Shown here: piece after piece, positions 10,631 to 23,426 of the stretch | Position numbering within the stretch: position 1 is the stretch's first letter | How the letters are laid out: each line of letters starts with the position of its first letter | Source of the DNA: Vicugna vicugna | Lineage: Eukaryota | Length of the DNA stretch: 44,624 nt | Direction of reading: 5' to 3' | NCBI GenBank assembly: GCA_013265495.1 | Contig: MU058844.1 | Coordinates: 4,159,895-4,204,518 of the forward strand | The notes under the pieces: generated by a model | The model's database searches: none | The model's input: the letters and a program-made list of their open reading frames with translations, nothing else | Told to the model about the DNA's origin: nothing | Translations under genes and position numbers: made by a program

Positions 10631-12474
10631 GGTTACTCTGCTCTGCAAGTTGACATCTTGCCATAACTTATCAAATACTTATTATGCATTCACTTCCTGC
10701 AAGTCATCTTAGACTCTGAATCCTTTCTGTGGACTAGTTCATCAAAAGTATTATCAGTTTAAGTGTGTTAAGCACATCATTAAGCTTGTGCTTAAAAAGT
10801 CTTTGAAAGACTATAAGGTTGTCATTTCAAGAGAATGTCAAAGGCATATTTCTTTTCACTACTTCATGTGAAAATGCTTACTTTCCTATCTAAAGATCCT
10901 TAGAATTCCTTAGAACATGTACCTTCATGTTGGACCAGTTATCCCCTTAGTTGACCTAGCAAGTCGAGGTCAGTGTCTGTTCTGTTGAATTAGGGCGAGT
11001 TCTCTGAAAATAGGAATGTAACATTATAGCAGCCTGAAAGTTCATTAACCTAATCATTTGCTCACTCAGTCAGCAAGTGTTTGTTTAGGAAAAACTATGG
11101 AGCCAGCACTTTATGAGACACTTGGAGACAAATATGCATCAATTAGCCTTATATTCAAAATCTTTAATAATAATGAGGGGGGGAATTCTCTGGCCTTTTT
11201 ATACTACTTTTCTGTTTTCAAAGTGATTTCACACATTTATCTCCTTGGATGATTAGAAAAATCCCATGAGGAAGGCAGGTTGTGATTTACAGATGACACC
11301 CTGAGGTTTACAACCCAGAAATATTTGGCCTAAGGTTAAACAACTAGAAAGTGACAGAATCTTAAAAGAAACCCTAGGTCATCTGACTCTTAACCCTGGG
11401 TTATGGAATGTGGGTATCTAAATAATTACAATAGCCAGGGAAAGTGTTCTAAAGGAAGCATCTAAGTGATAAAGACGCACCCTGCTCCTGACTACAGAAG
11501 CACTTAGGCCTGGGATTGCCAAACTCCAAGAAATAACGAAGCTCTTTGAAAACAATATGTTGAATTGAAAATGGCGAAATAGATGGTTTTGTGCTGGTAT
11601 AATCATAGATTGTGCTAAATCATAGATGTCAGTATCGGCTGGTGATAACGAGAGCGAAATGTGTAAAAATAGAGCTGATTCGTTGCCACTTTTTTTTTTT
11701 TCTCGTTTCTGTAATTGAGAAAAGTCCACTATTATTTGGACTTGGCACACTGTCCTGGCACAACTGGAGAAACTCTGTTCTTGGCCATCGCAATTGGCAA
11801 GGAAAACAAGCCCGTGCAGAGGCCTTGGGGTAGAAACAAGGGGTCTTACGCTTTGTTTTACCTTCATTTTAAAATGTTAGTTTCTGCCAAGACCAGAGGA
11901 GTTTCCCAGTGGAGAGGCCCCTGGTTATTTGTCAGTGGTCAGAGTCCCAGCTGCCTTATCTTTTGTCTCTAAACAATAGCGGGAGGAGTGGGAGCCCGGA
12001 TGGGTACCCGAAAGATCCTCTGGGGCCAAAGCAATAAAATTCTGTCAGAGACACTGGGCAAAAAGAAGAAAGCTCTAGAATAGAATACACTTTATTTTCT
12101 GCTTTTGTTTAAAAACTCAGCTAAATACTCCTGAAAGAGGAGGTTAACCTTTTCTAAGGCCCTGTTTAGAGAACTGCCCAGCAGATAGCAGGGTGTGATC
12201 CACCGGTTGACATTTAAATCCAACAATAATTACCAATTTTATTTTAAACTCTTTGAAACTGTAATATGGTCAAAGTGTTAGGATGTCTTTTACGTTCCTA
12301 ACCTAAAAATCCCAAACCTTTCTGATCCTTTCCACTTACTGGTAATGTTATTGTAGAAAGAACAAAAATTGTGCCACACATCTGCAGTCATGCTGACATC
12401 CATAAAATGATAAAAACTATAAGTTGCTTGTGGTATTTGTGTAATAAATTCATTTGTTTTTAATTAAACTATTT

Positions 12475-13745
12475 ATCAGTTTTCTTCTAACTTTGTATTT
12501 GGAAATAATTTCACATTTACAGAAAAGTTGTAAGAATCTTCACAGAACACCCACATATCTTTTAATACAGATTCATCTATTTTTCACATTTTGTCTCATT
12601 TACTTTACTAAATGTTTGTTTTCTGTGTGTACATGTGTTATTTTTCTAAACCTGTTGAGTAAGTTGTATACAAACCCCTAAATACTTCAGTATGTTTCCT
12701 AAGGAAAGGATTTTCTCTTACACAACCACAGTATGGTTGTCAGCTTCAGTAAATTTAGCAATAACTAAAATACTTCAGTCTGTTGGCTGTATTTCAATCT
12801 TATCCATTTCTTTTTGCATTTTTTTCCTCTAGTAGAAGGTCTAATCTAGGATCATGATTTGCATTTTGATATCATGTGTGATAGGCAGAATAATGGTTCT
12901 CCAAAGACGTCATGTGCTATGAATGTATTACCTCACATAGCAAGAGAGACTTTGCAGATGTAACAAAGTTAAAGATTTTGAGATGGGGAGTATTTCCTAG
13001 GGTATCCAGGTGGGCCCAATCTAATCACATGAATCCTTATCAGAGGGAGGCAGGAGTGTCTGAACCAGAGAGAGTGACTTGAAGATGCTCATTACACTGC
13101 TGCTTTAAAAATGGAGGATGGGGCCATAAGCCAAGGAATGCAGGAGACTTTGAGAAACAGGGAAAGGTGACGAAAAGGGATTCTCCTGTAGAGCTTCTAG
13201 AAGAAACACAGCCCCTGTGAACACCTTGATTTGAGCCTAGGAAGACCTATTTTGGACTTCTGACCTCAAGCATTATAAAATAATAAATTTGTGCTGTTTT
13301 AAGCCCACCAAATTCTTGGAAAACAATATCTTTTTGGTATAAGAGTTTCTCAGCCTTTCTTTGTCTTTATGACAATTGAAATTTTTGAGTGATGCAGCTC
13401 TCCCCTTTAAATAAAATGTTTCTCTTTGAAACAACTAATTTTTTTTTAATGATTACACTTGGATTAAACATTCCAAGCCACGATGTCCATGTAGTGATGA
13501 TACGTCCGCAGGTTATCACCCCCAGAGGCACACAGTGTCCATCGTCTCTTCATAGTGCTCTTTGTTTTGATCACCTGGCTCAGATGTCCCACGATTTCTG
13601 TGTATTTACTCATTAGCAACTAAGACACAATCTTTGGGGAGATACATTTAAGACCAGGTACAGTTCTTTATCAAAGTTTCTCTGGTAGATTTAGCATCTA
13701 TTGATTCTTATTCTTACCTGAACCAGTCTTTACTGGCACGTCAGT
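12475..13745 (-). mobile_element. L1MC-type 3' end, split by an MLT1 LTR
   Basis: ttggaaataatttcacatttacagaaaagttgtaagaat...cccctaaatacttcagt...aaggattttctcttacacaaccacagt; resumes at about 13330 (tttctcagcctttctttgtctttatgaca). Confidence 0.75.
12877..13330 (+). mobile_element. MLT1D-like MaLR solo LTR
   Basis: TGTGATAGGCAGAATAATGG start, gactttgcagatgt...ttgagatgggga...tatccaggtgggcccaatctaatcacatg, ttggacttctgacctc...taataaatttgtgctgttttaagcc end. Confidence 0.88.
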
Positions 13746-13799
13746 TTTTAAGTTATTTTTTTAAAGGCAAGGTTAAACAAAGTCCTTGGCAATACATGG

Positions 13800-14500
13800 T
13801 TTTGCTCTAACAATATGCCTCCTAGCCCCCTGCGCTCTGCAGCCATCTCCCTCCTGTTGCATGATCCCCCTGTCTCCACTGCTCCCACGCTCTTTTGCTT
13901 GGTCTGCTGCCTCTGGGTTCTTCTTATCTTGCTTGTATTCCAGGATCGATTACTTGAGGTTTTAACTCTTCTTGAGAAGACAGAGTGGAACAACCACCAC
14001 AACAAAAATACACGTGTTCATTTTACCCCTCCACTTCATATCCTTTGAATGGTGGTTCTTAGGAAAAGGAGCTCTCTAAGCAAACAAGGTCTCCAAGACT
14101 CGTGATCTGGCACCTTTCCAAATTCTTTTTCAGTCCCTCAGCCTCACAAGCTCCCTGCTGCCACTGCTTCTTTTGTGTGTGTATTTCTCTGTCCCTCGAA
14201 TGCCGACTGATCCTTTTGTTGAGGTCACTCCTGACTTTCATTTTCAATTTTGCTTCTTTAAGGAGGCTTTCCTTCCCTCTCATTCTCAAGGAACAAGATC
14301 ATCCACATTAGAAACTTTTTATAGCCCTCCTCAAAGTAGCATTTTTTCATCGATTTGTGGAATTATTTCATTAATAAGCTTCCAGTTATCTGTAAACTTC
14401 CTGAGGACAGGAACTGTATACTTTTGCTCCTCTATCCTCCATGTCCAATGGATGAAAGGCACTTAATAAATTACCTGCTGAAAGAAAGTGAAGAAGGAAG
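13800..14500 (+). mobile_element. L2 LINE remnant
   Basis: L2-type 3' end ctgtaaacttcctgaggacaggaactgt...ggcacttaataaatta...tgaaagaa. 5' boundary uncertain. Confidence 0.55.
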
Positions 14501-15569
14501 GAGGAAAGTTCCCCAACATGTCATCATTTCCCTGAGGCACACACTGGAATAGAATCCACAAGACTGTGATGATGACCTGAAACATCACATTATATCTGCA
14601 CCTCAGTGTTATACTGTTATCTTTTAGATGTGTGTGCATTTTGTAACAACTCCTATTGTATTATGCAATTCAGAGGAATCATGATTTCCTTGAGCCTTCT
14701 GTTACACTGCCTTCATTGAGTCATTCCCGTATTCAAGACCTTTTGTATTGTTCCCAGTGATTGAAGGCTGAAAGCCAGCTTCCTGAATCTGATGTTCATG
14801 ACCTTATGTAATCTTACCCCACCCTAACCACCTCATCTTAATACCGATTATTCCCCAACACGAACTCGCCACCCCAGCTTGGTATGTCCCTGCCTCCTAG
14901 AATCACCTTGCTTATTCTTAATTCCAAGGCCGCTTAGTACCCCTTCCCTTTGCCAGGGGTGCTCTTCTCCCATCCACTCATGCAAATTCTACCCACAGAA
15001 TTATGTAATCTCTTGGGGCTGAAAGCATCTTAGTGGTCATCTCCTCCAAGGTCAGTTTAAGATCTCTCTTTCTCATAAGACTGTTTCATACTGGTCTAGA
15101 CCATGCTATCTTCCCTGTATCATTTGGCCAGTAAGGATAGCCATCACCCTGTTCTGTGCTTCTGCTCGGTACGAGGCGGGGACACAGTAGTCAGCAACAC
15201 TGACATGGTATTTGCTCTGTGGACCTTACCTTTTAGTTTACTGTCTCTGAATTTCTATGGAATTTGTCCGGAAACTAATCATTTTGGGTTCTTCATCATA
15301 TATCGCTTACATCACTGTTTAAAATTGTATGTGTTATGGATTTGTCTCAAAATATTGTTGTAAGAAATAAAGATACAAAAATCCTGAGATACAGTGTACA
15401 CACAATAATTGTCCTATGTCATCATGATTATTTCATTGTTATGTTTTCTCTTTTTATTGTATTTTACTTATCTAAATATTAGAGATCAGATCTTTCCTCC
15501 GTTGTATTTCCTTACCATTCAAGCAGGTAGTAGCTACTTAAAAATGTCTTTCCAGTAAACATTTAACTG

Positions 15570-16090
15570 TTGGCAAAAAAAGGTCTGATTTACAAATCTT
15601 GAAGGAGCTCATCCTGTTTATTTAGATTCCTTTGGTTCTTACTAGAAGTAATGAACTCAACCTTTACTACCCACCCCCCGCAAAGTCCCGTCCTTATAAG
15701 GATACTGAAAAATAGCACTCCAGTTAAGGGCAGGGATGCAGCCAGACCTCATGAAGTGACTGGAGCCAGGATTGGGAAGCCACCAGGTTCTCCTTTCCGC
15801 ATTTCTGAATTTCTGCATCTCTACTTCATTCTGTTTCACCTGGGCACAGCTTTTCTCTGTTCCAGTCACCTGGTGGAACATAACGGTCCCAGAGCTCCCG
15901 TATTTGCATATTACAGATTTGTCCCTGCTCAGAGACTGGCTGAGGTCCTATCACTACTGCCAGTTTGGGGAGGGACATTATGATAGACCCGTCTGGCTCA
16001 GGGGTCACCACTGTCCAATCAACTGTGGCCACAGGGCAAGTTTTCTATTGGTATGTATAGATCCTGAGAGTCCACCCCTATGATTTGAAG
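15570..16090 (-). mobile_element. Old MaLR LTR (MLT1K/J-like)
   Basis: Diagnostic ggctcaggggtcaccactgtccaatcaactgtggcca segment. This explains the spurious overlapping ORFs here. Confidence 0.6.
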
Positions 16091-16304
16091 CGCTTCCTAT
16101 GGAGACAGATGAAGTTTGTCAAATATATGTCTCTATATGGTATCTCATATAATAATGTGTTTATTTCAAAGGAATAAGTGTACAATGTTAGGTAAATGAA
16201 TAAAATATAACATTAAATATTATTTGAAAGTGGCTCTTTGGGTACGTAAAGTCCAGGGCCCATCTTAATAAATTGATTATATTAAGATACTTTGACAACA
16301 TCTA

Positions 16305-16815
16305 GACCACTACTATCTGACAGAAATGTAATAGAAGCCACATATGGAATGTTAAATTGTCCAGTAGCTACATTAAAAAAATTTTTTTAAAGAATAGGAG
16401 AAATAGAGTATAATAAAAATTTTTATTTAGTCCCATATATCCAAAATATTATCATTTTACCTTATGATCAGTATAAAATTATTCATGGGGTAATTTTCAA
16501 ATTTTTAATATTATTCAGAATCCACTGTTTATTTCACCCCTACACCACATTCCAGTTCAGACCCTAAATTTTCATCAGAAATATTTACTCCATATTTAGA
16601 CTTTCAAAAAGTTTACAATTGAAAATGCAGATTCACACACCTAAGCATTTCTAAACATACTTAAGTTTTCCAGTCACCAAATCAAGTATTGATTTTTTTT
16701 TAACTTTAAATAGGTTAAAGTTAAGAAAAATCAGTATTTTAGTTCCTCAGTCACATGAGCCACATTTTGAGTGACAGCCAGTGGTGGCTAGTGGCCCCTA
16801 TATTGTCTAGCACAG
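16305..16815. mobile_element. MER33/Charlie1-type hAT transposon remnant
   Basis: agaaatgtaatagaagccacatat...gtagctacattaaaaaa...catatatccaaaatattatcattt...agccacattttgagtg...gtggctagtggcccctatattg. Confidence 0.8.
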
Positions 16816-16824
16816 ATAAGACAT

Positions 16825-16925
16825 ACCCCTTTATTTTACAGACAGAGAAACCAAAGCAGTGAATAGATTAAGTGACTTGCCTAAAACCACGAAGTGTGTT
16901 CACCAAGTTAGAACAAAGACATAGC
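16825..16925 (-). mobile_element. MIR fragment
   Basis: attttacagacagagaaacc...ttaagtgacttgcctaaaaccac. Confidence 0.65.
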
Positions 16926-17624
16926 CTCTCCTTTGTCATTGCTGCCCCCACCTTCCCATGCTGATCCTGCCTCACTGTGCTATTTTCTGTCTGGCTCAGA
17001 GGCCATTTATAGACCTGCCCTGGGAAACAACACATATTTATAGTGTTTGGGCTGATTACTATCTTAATCAGATTGAGGTTTCTACATCACTTTAATTCAA
17101 ACAAGAAAATGCAAAGTTAGATGTCCAAAGTGAACACTGCAGACCCAAATCAATTGTTTAGAGAGGGGACTAGAATAAATCATGACTAAATCCAGCATGT
17201 TCAAAAGGGAGTTAAGATTTTGGGAGACCCTACAGTAGTAATGTGGGCACAAAACGTTTTGCAGAGAGCTTTTGTAGGAATATTTTCAATCTGCTTGCCC
17301 ATGGAAAGTTTGAGAGGGCCAGGGAGCAGCAGCTTTTGAGCCTTCAGAGTAAAAAACAAGAGGGTAAAGAGAGTCCACTAATAGAGACTGGCATTTGCTG
17401 TTTGGTTGTGACGGTCACTGGGAGAAATTTACTTTCTGTGGTATGGCTCTGGATTCAATGAAATTAGACCAAAAGAGCCATTTTCATTCCAAAGAAATCC
17501 TTAATTGACCTAAGGACCAGTGTGCCTGGTCCAGATGTGGGGCCACATGAGTCACGGTGAACCCAGCAGCAAAATGTCCTGCAGCTGTATGAGCCTTGAC
17601 AACATTCACGGGTAAGAGAACTTA

Positions 17625-17795
17625 GGCAAGTGCCTGGGAGTCTTGGTTTCTAATATTTCTGTTTTAAATTTGTTGTGTAACCTTGGCAAACCACATCACT
17701 GCTCCAGGCCTTGGTTTTCTCATTTATGAAATTGGCGGGGCTAGACCCGATGGTCTTCAGTATTTCTTCCACATCTAAACCATTGTGATTCTCAA
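17625..17795 (+). mobile_element. MIR3-like SINE
   Basis: tgtgtaaccttggcaaaccacatcactgctccaggccttggttttctcatttatgaaattgg...ctagacccgatggtct. Confidence 0.65.
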
Positions 17796-18616
17796 TGGCA
17801 AGGCTCTAGACTCTTTTGGCAGCCCAGCCAGGAGGTAAATGCTGGAAGCACAGGAGGAAAGAAAGGAATCCTTTGTGCCTTGGCCATTCATACTTCTCAT
17901 TCTGGCAAGACTGAGGTTTGACACACATTAAAAAAAACAAAACAAAAACAATCAAACTGGGCAGTAATGCTGGTAATTAGACTAGTTGGATTAGAACATG
18001 GGGTGAATACTCCTTTGTGAATATTCCTCAGAAGTCTGATAGTTTTTGAACCAGGGCTTTGCTCCCTCAGAATCCCTAATGGATATTTTGCCCCAACTCA
18101 TCTGTCGAGAACTCCCTCACAGCGTGGATACCTACAGTAGGCCCACTAAGGAAGCAGACAGGTGTCTCTCTAGGAATAGCTACCAAATGGAAAAGTAGTG
18201 CCAAGTACATCCATGAAAAAATGTTAGAGTATGTTTTATCCACTTTCAGCTTCTAATTCCAAAAAGCTTCTGGTGACTGCTCTTGGAGGTTCTCTTCTTC
18301 TAAGACTGATACAGGGTAATATGTCAAATGCTCTCAACTAATAAACCAGAACAGTTTCTTGAAATTAGACCAAGTTTTCATTGTTGGTCTTCAGAAGCCA
18401 TCATCTTTCTAGTTATGTTTAGACTGCTTTTAATTATGGTAGCTTTTATATCTTTTATTTGTTTAGTTAAATCATTAATCTGGTGCTCATGGTAATTTAA
18501 AATTCCTTAGAATTCATAGGTTTTTAACCAGATCTTCTATGATAGTGCCATGCTAGCAGGCCAAGGACATTGATTCTGTATCACTGATTTAGTAAGCATT
18601 CTGTAATGACACATGT

Positions 18617-18700
18617 TCTCTCTCTCTCTCTATATATATATGTATATATATAGTATATGAATAGAAATATGTAGTATTCTTATATAGTATGTGAGTAGAA
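18617..18700. repeat. Compound (TC)n(TA)n microsatellite with a local 20-nt duplication
   Basis: tctctctctctctctatatatatatgtatatatata, then atatagtat(a/g)tga(a/g)tagaaa twice. Confidence 0.85.
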
Positions 18701-21088
18701 AGCATTTGTTGTTCCAGTAGTCCTAAACAGAACTGCTATAATTAACCCAGAAAATATAAGATAGAGGCTACCAAGAGAAAAGGTAAGAAATTGTGAGAGT
18801 GGAGTTAAGGAAAATCCAGACAAGTTTTCCCTTTCAAAGCAAGGACTATATTTCTTTTCGTATGTATATGGGTGAATAAAACATTAAATTACATGTACTT
18901 CAGGAATTTGACAGGTACTCTTTACATCACCTCTTTGACATCCTGTGTGGCTTTATCAACTGTCCTAATCCTTCACATTCTTCTAGTGAAATAGAGAACA
19001 TTATTTATATCTTACATTCTTCTAATGTATGTTGTGAGTTAACATTTATATAAAAGTTATTTGTTTAAAATGGTCTCTGAAAGATAAAAGAGTGACTATA
19101 ATGCCTGTTATTAAGGTAAGAGATAAAATTACAATTTGTGAACTTCACAACTTCTAATTATCCATTTTCTAATCAGAATCTTGGAAGAGCTGAAAACGAA
19201 AAAGACCTCCTATCGTCTCACAGATGAAATATTTAGTTCACTGTGTTTTGTTCTCTCTGCAAATCATTGACTATTTAATTAAAAAGAAAATGTGAAATTG
19301 CTTGATGTTCTAGTCAAAACTGGTTTCCTTTATTGCAGGCAGACAAGTTAGAACTGGCTGATATTTAATACTGTTTACCTCAACTTTATCTTTGATAAAT
19401 CTAATAATCTTAAAAAGCTAAAAGATAGCTGTTTAAACAAATTAATGGAAAGAAAGAACTTTGAATTGATTGTATAATCTCTTCCAAGAAAATTGTAGCA
19501 AGAATGAATAATGAATAAAAGATAGTTATAAGACTTTCAGGAAAAAACTTTCAGCAGTGTAGTCTGGAAGTTTATAGCAAATATCAATGAATTTTTCATA
19601 ACTTTATAAGGGCAGATATTGGGCTGAGATTAGATTGTGGGATTTCTATGATTTAACTGCAGGAATTACAGGTTGAGGGTTGAAAATATTACTGGAAAAG
19701 TTGATTGTTTGGACTGTTGATTAGGTATGTGAAAACAAGGGTGGGTGGCCAAGGAGGGGTGCAGTCATAGCTAAATAAGAACTTGTATACAGAATATAAA
19801 CACAGCGTTCAGTTGAAAACAGAGATAAACAGAAGTGGCAGTAAGCAACCAGAGTTCCCAGTTTAAATATAAGCAACATATAAACAATCTTTTCTACTTT
19901 AAACACACACACACAGAGGAACCTGTTCATTTATGGCAAAGACCACAGAAACAAAAGGAGTAACAGGGGAATTTGATTTTGGTTCCTACACATCAGAAGA
20001 TCCGAGAGGACAAGCAAGCTTATTCACAAAGTAGAGCAAGGACAGAGTTTGAAAAGATTAATACATGGGATCTGTTTGCCATGAAAAATCTGCACAACTT
20101 CAATGGAATAAACTAATTGGTAAAGGCTGTTCTACCACATAATAACTATTAAGAGAGTATTTACAGAATGTGCTGTTTCCCATATCCTAGGAATCTGCCC
20201 TTTGCTGATAGGGCTGTCTGTCTGTCTGAAGGGAATTCTGAAGGGAATTATCATGGCCTAAATGGAGGGAAACTTGGAGAGCAATTCAGCCCCAAAAGAA
20301 AGACTGACAGCTTGTAAAGGACTTGTTAATGATGCAAATATGGACTTGCATGTGCTTGAGATAAGCGTTGATTTAACAGAACAAAGAGTTTATTCCGATT
20401 ATATTTTGGAAACACAGAGTCTTTGAGATCTTGGTTGATGAGTTGAATGAAATGGCCTAATTGAACTGATTCCCCTTTGGAGGTTTGTTTATTTTACTTG
20501 TCTGAAGCCAGAGCCAACACTCCCTAAAAGTTCTGAGTGACATTTAATGCTTCCAGAAAATTCAGCTTACCTATCTGTAGAGAAACGAGTTTCCTTTTTG
20601 GCTGAAATCATAATTATGAAAACTGTTCTGTTAAATGAATATAAAATGCCCCTCTTGTATAATTTAGAATGCATAAGTTACCTTACCTTCCCCCAAAGAG
20701 AGAGAGATTCTGTTGGTAAGTAGAGAAATAAAGTTTAGTGGTTTGACTTGTTCTGCATGGTATCAGTTACTTTATCTGATTATATTTCTATTACAATAGG
20801 ATTTGTAGTAAACTATTTAGGATCTTAATAAGCCCAAGACCATTTTAGCTGTCCCTGAAAATTATTCTTCTCACTGTAACATTTTAACGGAGTTAAAAAA
20901 ATAAATCAGAACCTCCACTTAAAAGATCTTTATAAAAGAAAAGATAATGTTATAGTGTATCAAATATGTGAATTTGTGACCAATTATTATATTTTAAGTA
21001 GTGTCACATTAATTTTTTTAAAAATTAAAATTCATTCTAAATTCTATTCATTATACTAAGAAGCTTTTCCTAATAATCTAAACCTTTA

Positions 21089-21201
21089 ATTTTGGGGGGG
21101 GGTGGTAATTTGATTGATTGATTTAATAAAGGTACTAGGGATTGAACCCAGGACCCCTGTATGCTAAGCATGCACTCTGCAACTGAGCTGTATCTACCCC
21201 C
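21089..21201 (-). mobile_element. Vic-1-type SINE (tRNA-Ala derived, more diverged)
   Basis: ggtactagggattgaacccaggacc...atgctaagcatgcactctgcaactgagctgtatc; TSD taatctaaac(c/t)ttta at 21074 and 21202 (14/15). Confidence 0.88.
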
Positions 21202-21237
21202 TAATCTAAACTTTTATTGATCCACAGCCGTCTATAG

Positions 21238-21818
21238 CAGAGGTCAGCAAACTATACTCTGTAGGCCAGATCCAGTCCACTGCCTGATTTTGTATGGCCA
21301 GCCAGCTGAATTTGTGTGTGTGTGCTTTTTTTTTAAACAACTAGTCTTTTTTTATGTTTGTTTTTGGGGGGGGTGTAAATAGGTCTGTTTGTTTGTTTGT
21401 TTGTTTATTTAATGGAAGTACTGGGGATGGAACCTAGGATCTCGTGCATGCTAAGCACACCCTCTACCACTGAGCTATACCCTCCCCTCTCTGAGTTTGT
21501 GATTTAACAAATGAACATTTATAGTATTTGATGATAGAGAATACTTTACACCCCAACTCAAGCAAAATGTTGACCGAAAATAAAGAATTTGATTCTTCTT
21601 ATTGGTAAACCTGTACTAAAAAAGAAATTAAATTCAATTATTACCCCAAAGAAATCATATTCAATTATTATTACATTTTAAACTCTGTAATTAAAATTTG
21701 TGGAAATTCATTTTCTCTTATATAAATGGACCTACACAACATCCTTGAGTTTTGCCTCTTGGCATGTAAAACCTAAAATGTTACCCATCCAGCCCTTTAC
21801 AGAAAATGTGGAGCCCTG
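21238..21818 (+). mobile_element. MER58-family hAT-Charlie element interrupted by a SINE
   Basis: CAGAGGTCAGCAAACTA...gatccagtccactgcctgattttgtatggcc start; ttttgcctcttggc...aaaacctaaaat...ccctttacagaaaa...CCCTG end. Confidence 0.8.
21317..21490 (-). mobile_element. Vic-1-type SINE inserted in MER58
   Basis: tggaagtactggggatggaacctaggatctcgtgcatgctaagcacaccctctaccactgagctataccctcccc with a (GTTT)n and poly-G tail; TSD ctga(a/g)tttgtg at 21306 and 21491. Confidence 0.88.
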
Positions 21819-21962
21819 TTCCGGAGCATTTTTTCTCATTCACTTTTTATTCGCTCCTACATCAGTTCAGCAATTAGTTTCTCAGCAACTCCCATATCAC
21901 AGACACTGTTCTAGACCCTAGAGGACACCACAGGGAACAAGATTTTATAAAAGTAATGCCTT

Positions 21963-22512
21963 AGTCTTTTGCCAAAACATGGAAACAGCCTAAATGTCCA
22001 TCAACAGGTGACTGGATAAAGAAGAGGTGGTATATTTATACAATGGAATACTACTCAGCCATAAAAACTGACAACATAATGCCATTTGCAGCAACATGGA
22101 TGCTCCTAGAGAATGTCATTCTAAGTGAAGTAAGCCAGAAAGAGAAAGAAAAATACCATATGAGATCGCTCATATGTGGAATCTAAAAAACAAAAACAAA
22201 AACAAACAAACAAAAACAAAGCATAAATACAGGACAGAAATAGACTCATGGACAGAGAATACAGACTTGTGGTTACCAGGGGGGTGGAGGGTGGGAAGGG
22301 ATAGACTGGGATTTCAAAATTGTAGAATAGATAAACAAGATTACACTGTATAGCACAGGGAAATATACACAAAATGTTATGATAAATCACAGAGAAAAAA
22401 ATGTGACAATGAGTGTGTATATGTCCATGAATGACTGAAAAATTGTGCTGAACACTGGAATTTGACACAACATTGTAAAATGATTATAAATCAATAAAAA
22501 ATGTTAAAAAGA
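21963..22512 (+). mobile_element. Young 5'-truncated L1 (ORF2 C-terminus plus 3'UTR)
   Basis: Perfect 14-bp TSD AAAAGTAATGCCTT at 21949-21962 and 22513-22526. 21971-22186 reads AKTWKQPKCPSTGDWIKKRWYIYTMEYYSAIK...ILSEVSQKEKEKYHMRSLICGI* without disruption. AATAAA at 22493. Confidence 0.95.
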
Positions 22513-22549
22513 AAAAGTAATGCCTTCATGGAACTTTTATTGAAATGAT

Positions 22550-22700
22550 GTACATTATCTCCTCACAACTACCTTGTTTCATTATTCCTGTTCTATAGAG
22601 AAGTAGAATGAGGTTCAGAGAATTTATGTTGCTTGCCTGGAGCCTCTCAGCCAGAATTGAGCCCAGTTGTGCCTGACTCCAAGTCTAAAGCTTCTAACTA
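22550..22700 (-). mobile_element. MIR fragment
   Basis: tcctcacaactacct...attattcctgttctatagag...tgaggttcagagaa...cttgcctgg...tgactccaa. Confidence 0.65.
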
Positions 22701-23426
22701 GTGTGCGGGGCTGGCTTCATGAGTGGGCTTCCATGCTTGATTTTATACTCTGCTGTCACGATCTTGAAACTCTTCATTGTTTTTTTTTTTTTTTGAACAA
22801 AAAATTTCCCTTTTGTCCCTGGCCTCACAAATTTTGTAGCTGGTCCTGCTACTAAGGCAAAAGTGCTTCTTTCTCAGACTACATTCTGCCAGGGCTTTTT
22901 TTCTTTTTTAAACACTCACATGAATTCATCTATGAAGAAGCCTTAAAATCTATCAAGGTCTTTAGAAAAATAAGCTGTTATTAATCTACTGATTTATATT
23001 CCAGTTTACCAAAAGACCAGAAGTTCCTTGAGGGCCAGGACTCTCTCCCACAATAATTTTTTTCTGTAATTTCCTCTGGGCCCAAAGTTCTTTTAAGAAC
23101 ATAGTGAGTAAACAATAAATATTCTTCAGTAGAACTAAATTTCATTAGTATCTGAACCTTGTCAAGGGTTCCATCTTGTCTTAATTTTATTTCCATGGAG
23201 AGCAAAATCTTTACCATCAACACTTCCTCTGATCTTTATGCATTTGTACATTTTGAAAGAGATGTTAGATACGAGTTAAACAAAACAGAAGAACTGACCT
23301 GTTCTGATATAGGGAAATTCTTTGTCCAGCAGTAAATGACCGAAACATTGATGGCTTTGAAGGATGCTCCAAATTTACTGTACTTAAAATAGATGCTTTA
23401 TCTGCCTTTCTTTCAATTTCTTGCAG

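Noticed and set aside
11418..11972. 149-aa antisense ORF and overlapping sense ORFs
   Set aside because: No domain similarity, and the frame runs through a T homopolymer; better treated as a possible regulatory segment.
15651..16083. Cluster of 68-110 aa ORFs on both strands
   Set aside because: They lie in a degenerate MaLR LTR, which is non-coding.
22121..22468. 115-aa hydrophobic antisense ORF
   Set aside because: It is the reverse strand of an A-rich L1 3'UTR, a common artefact.
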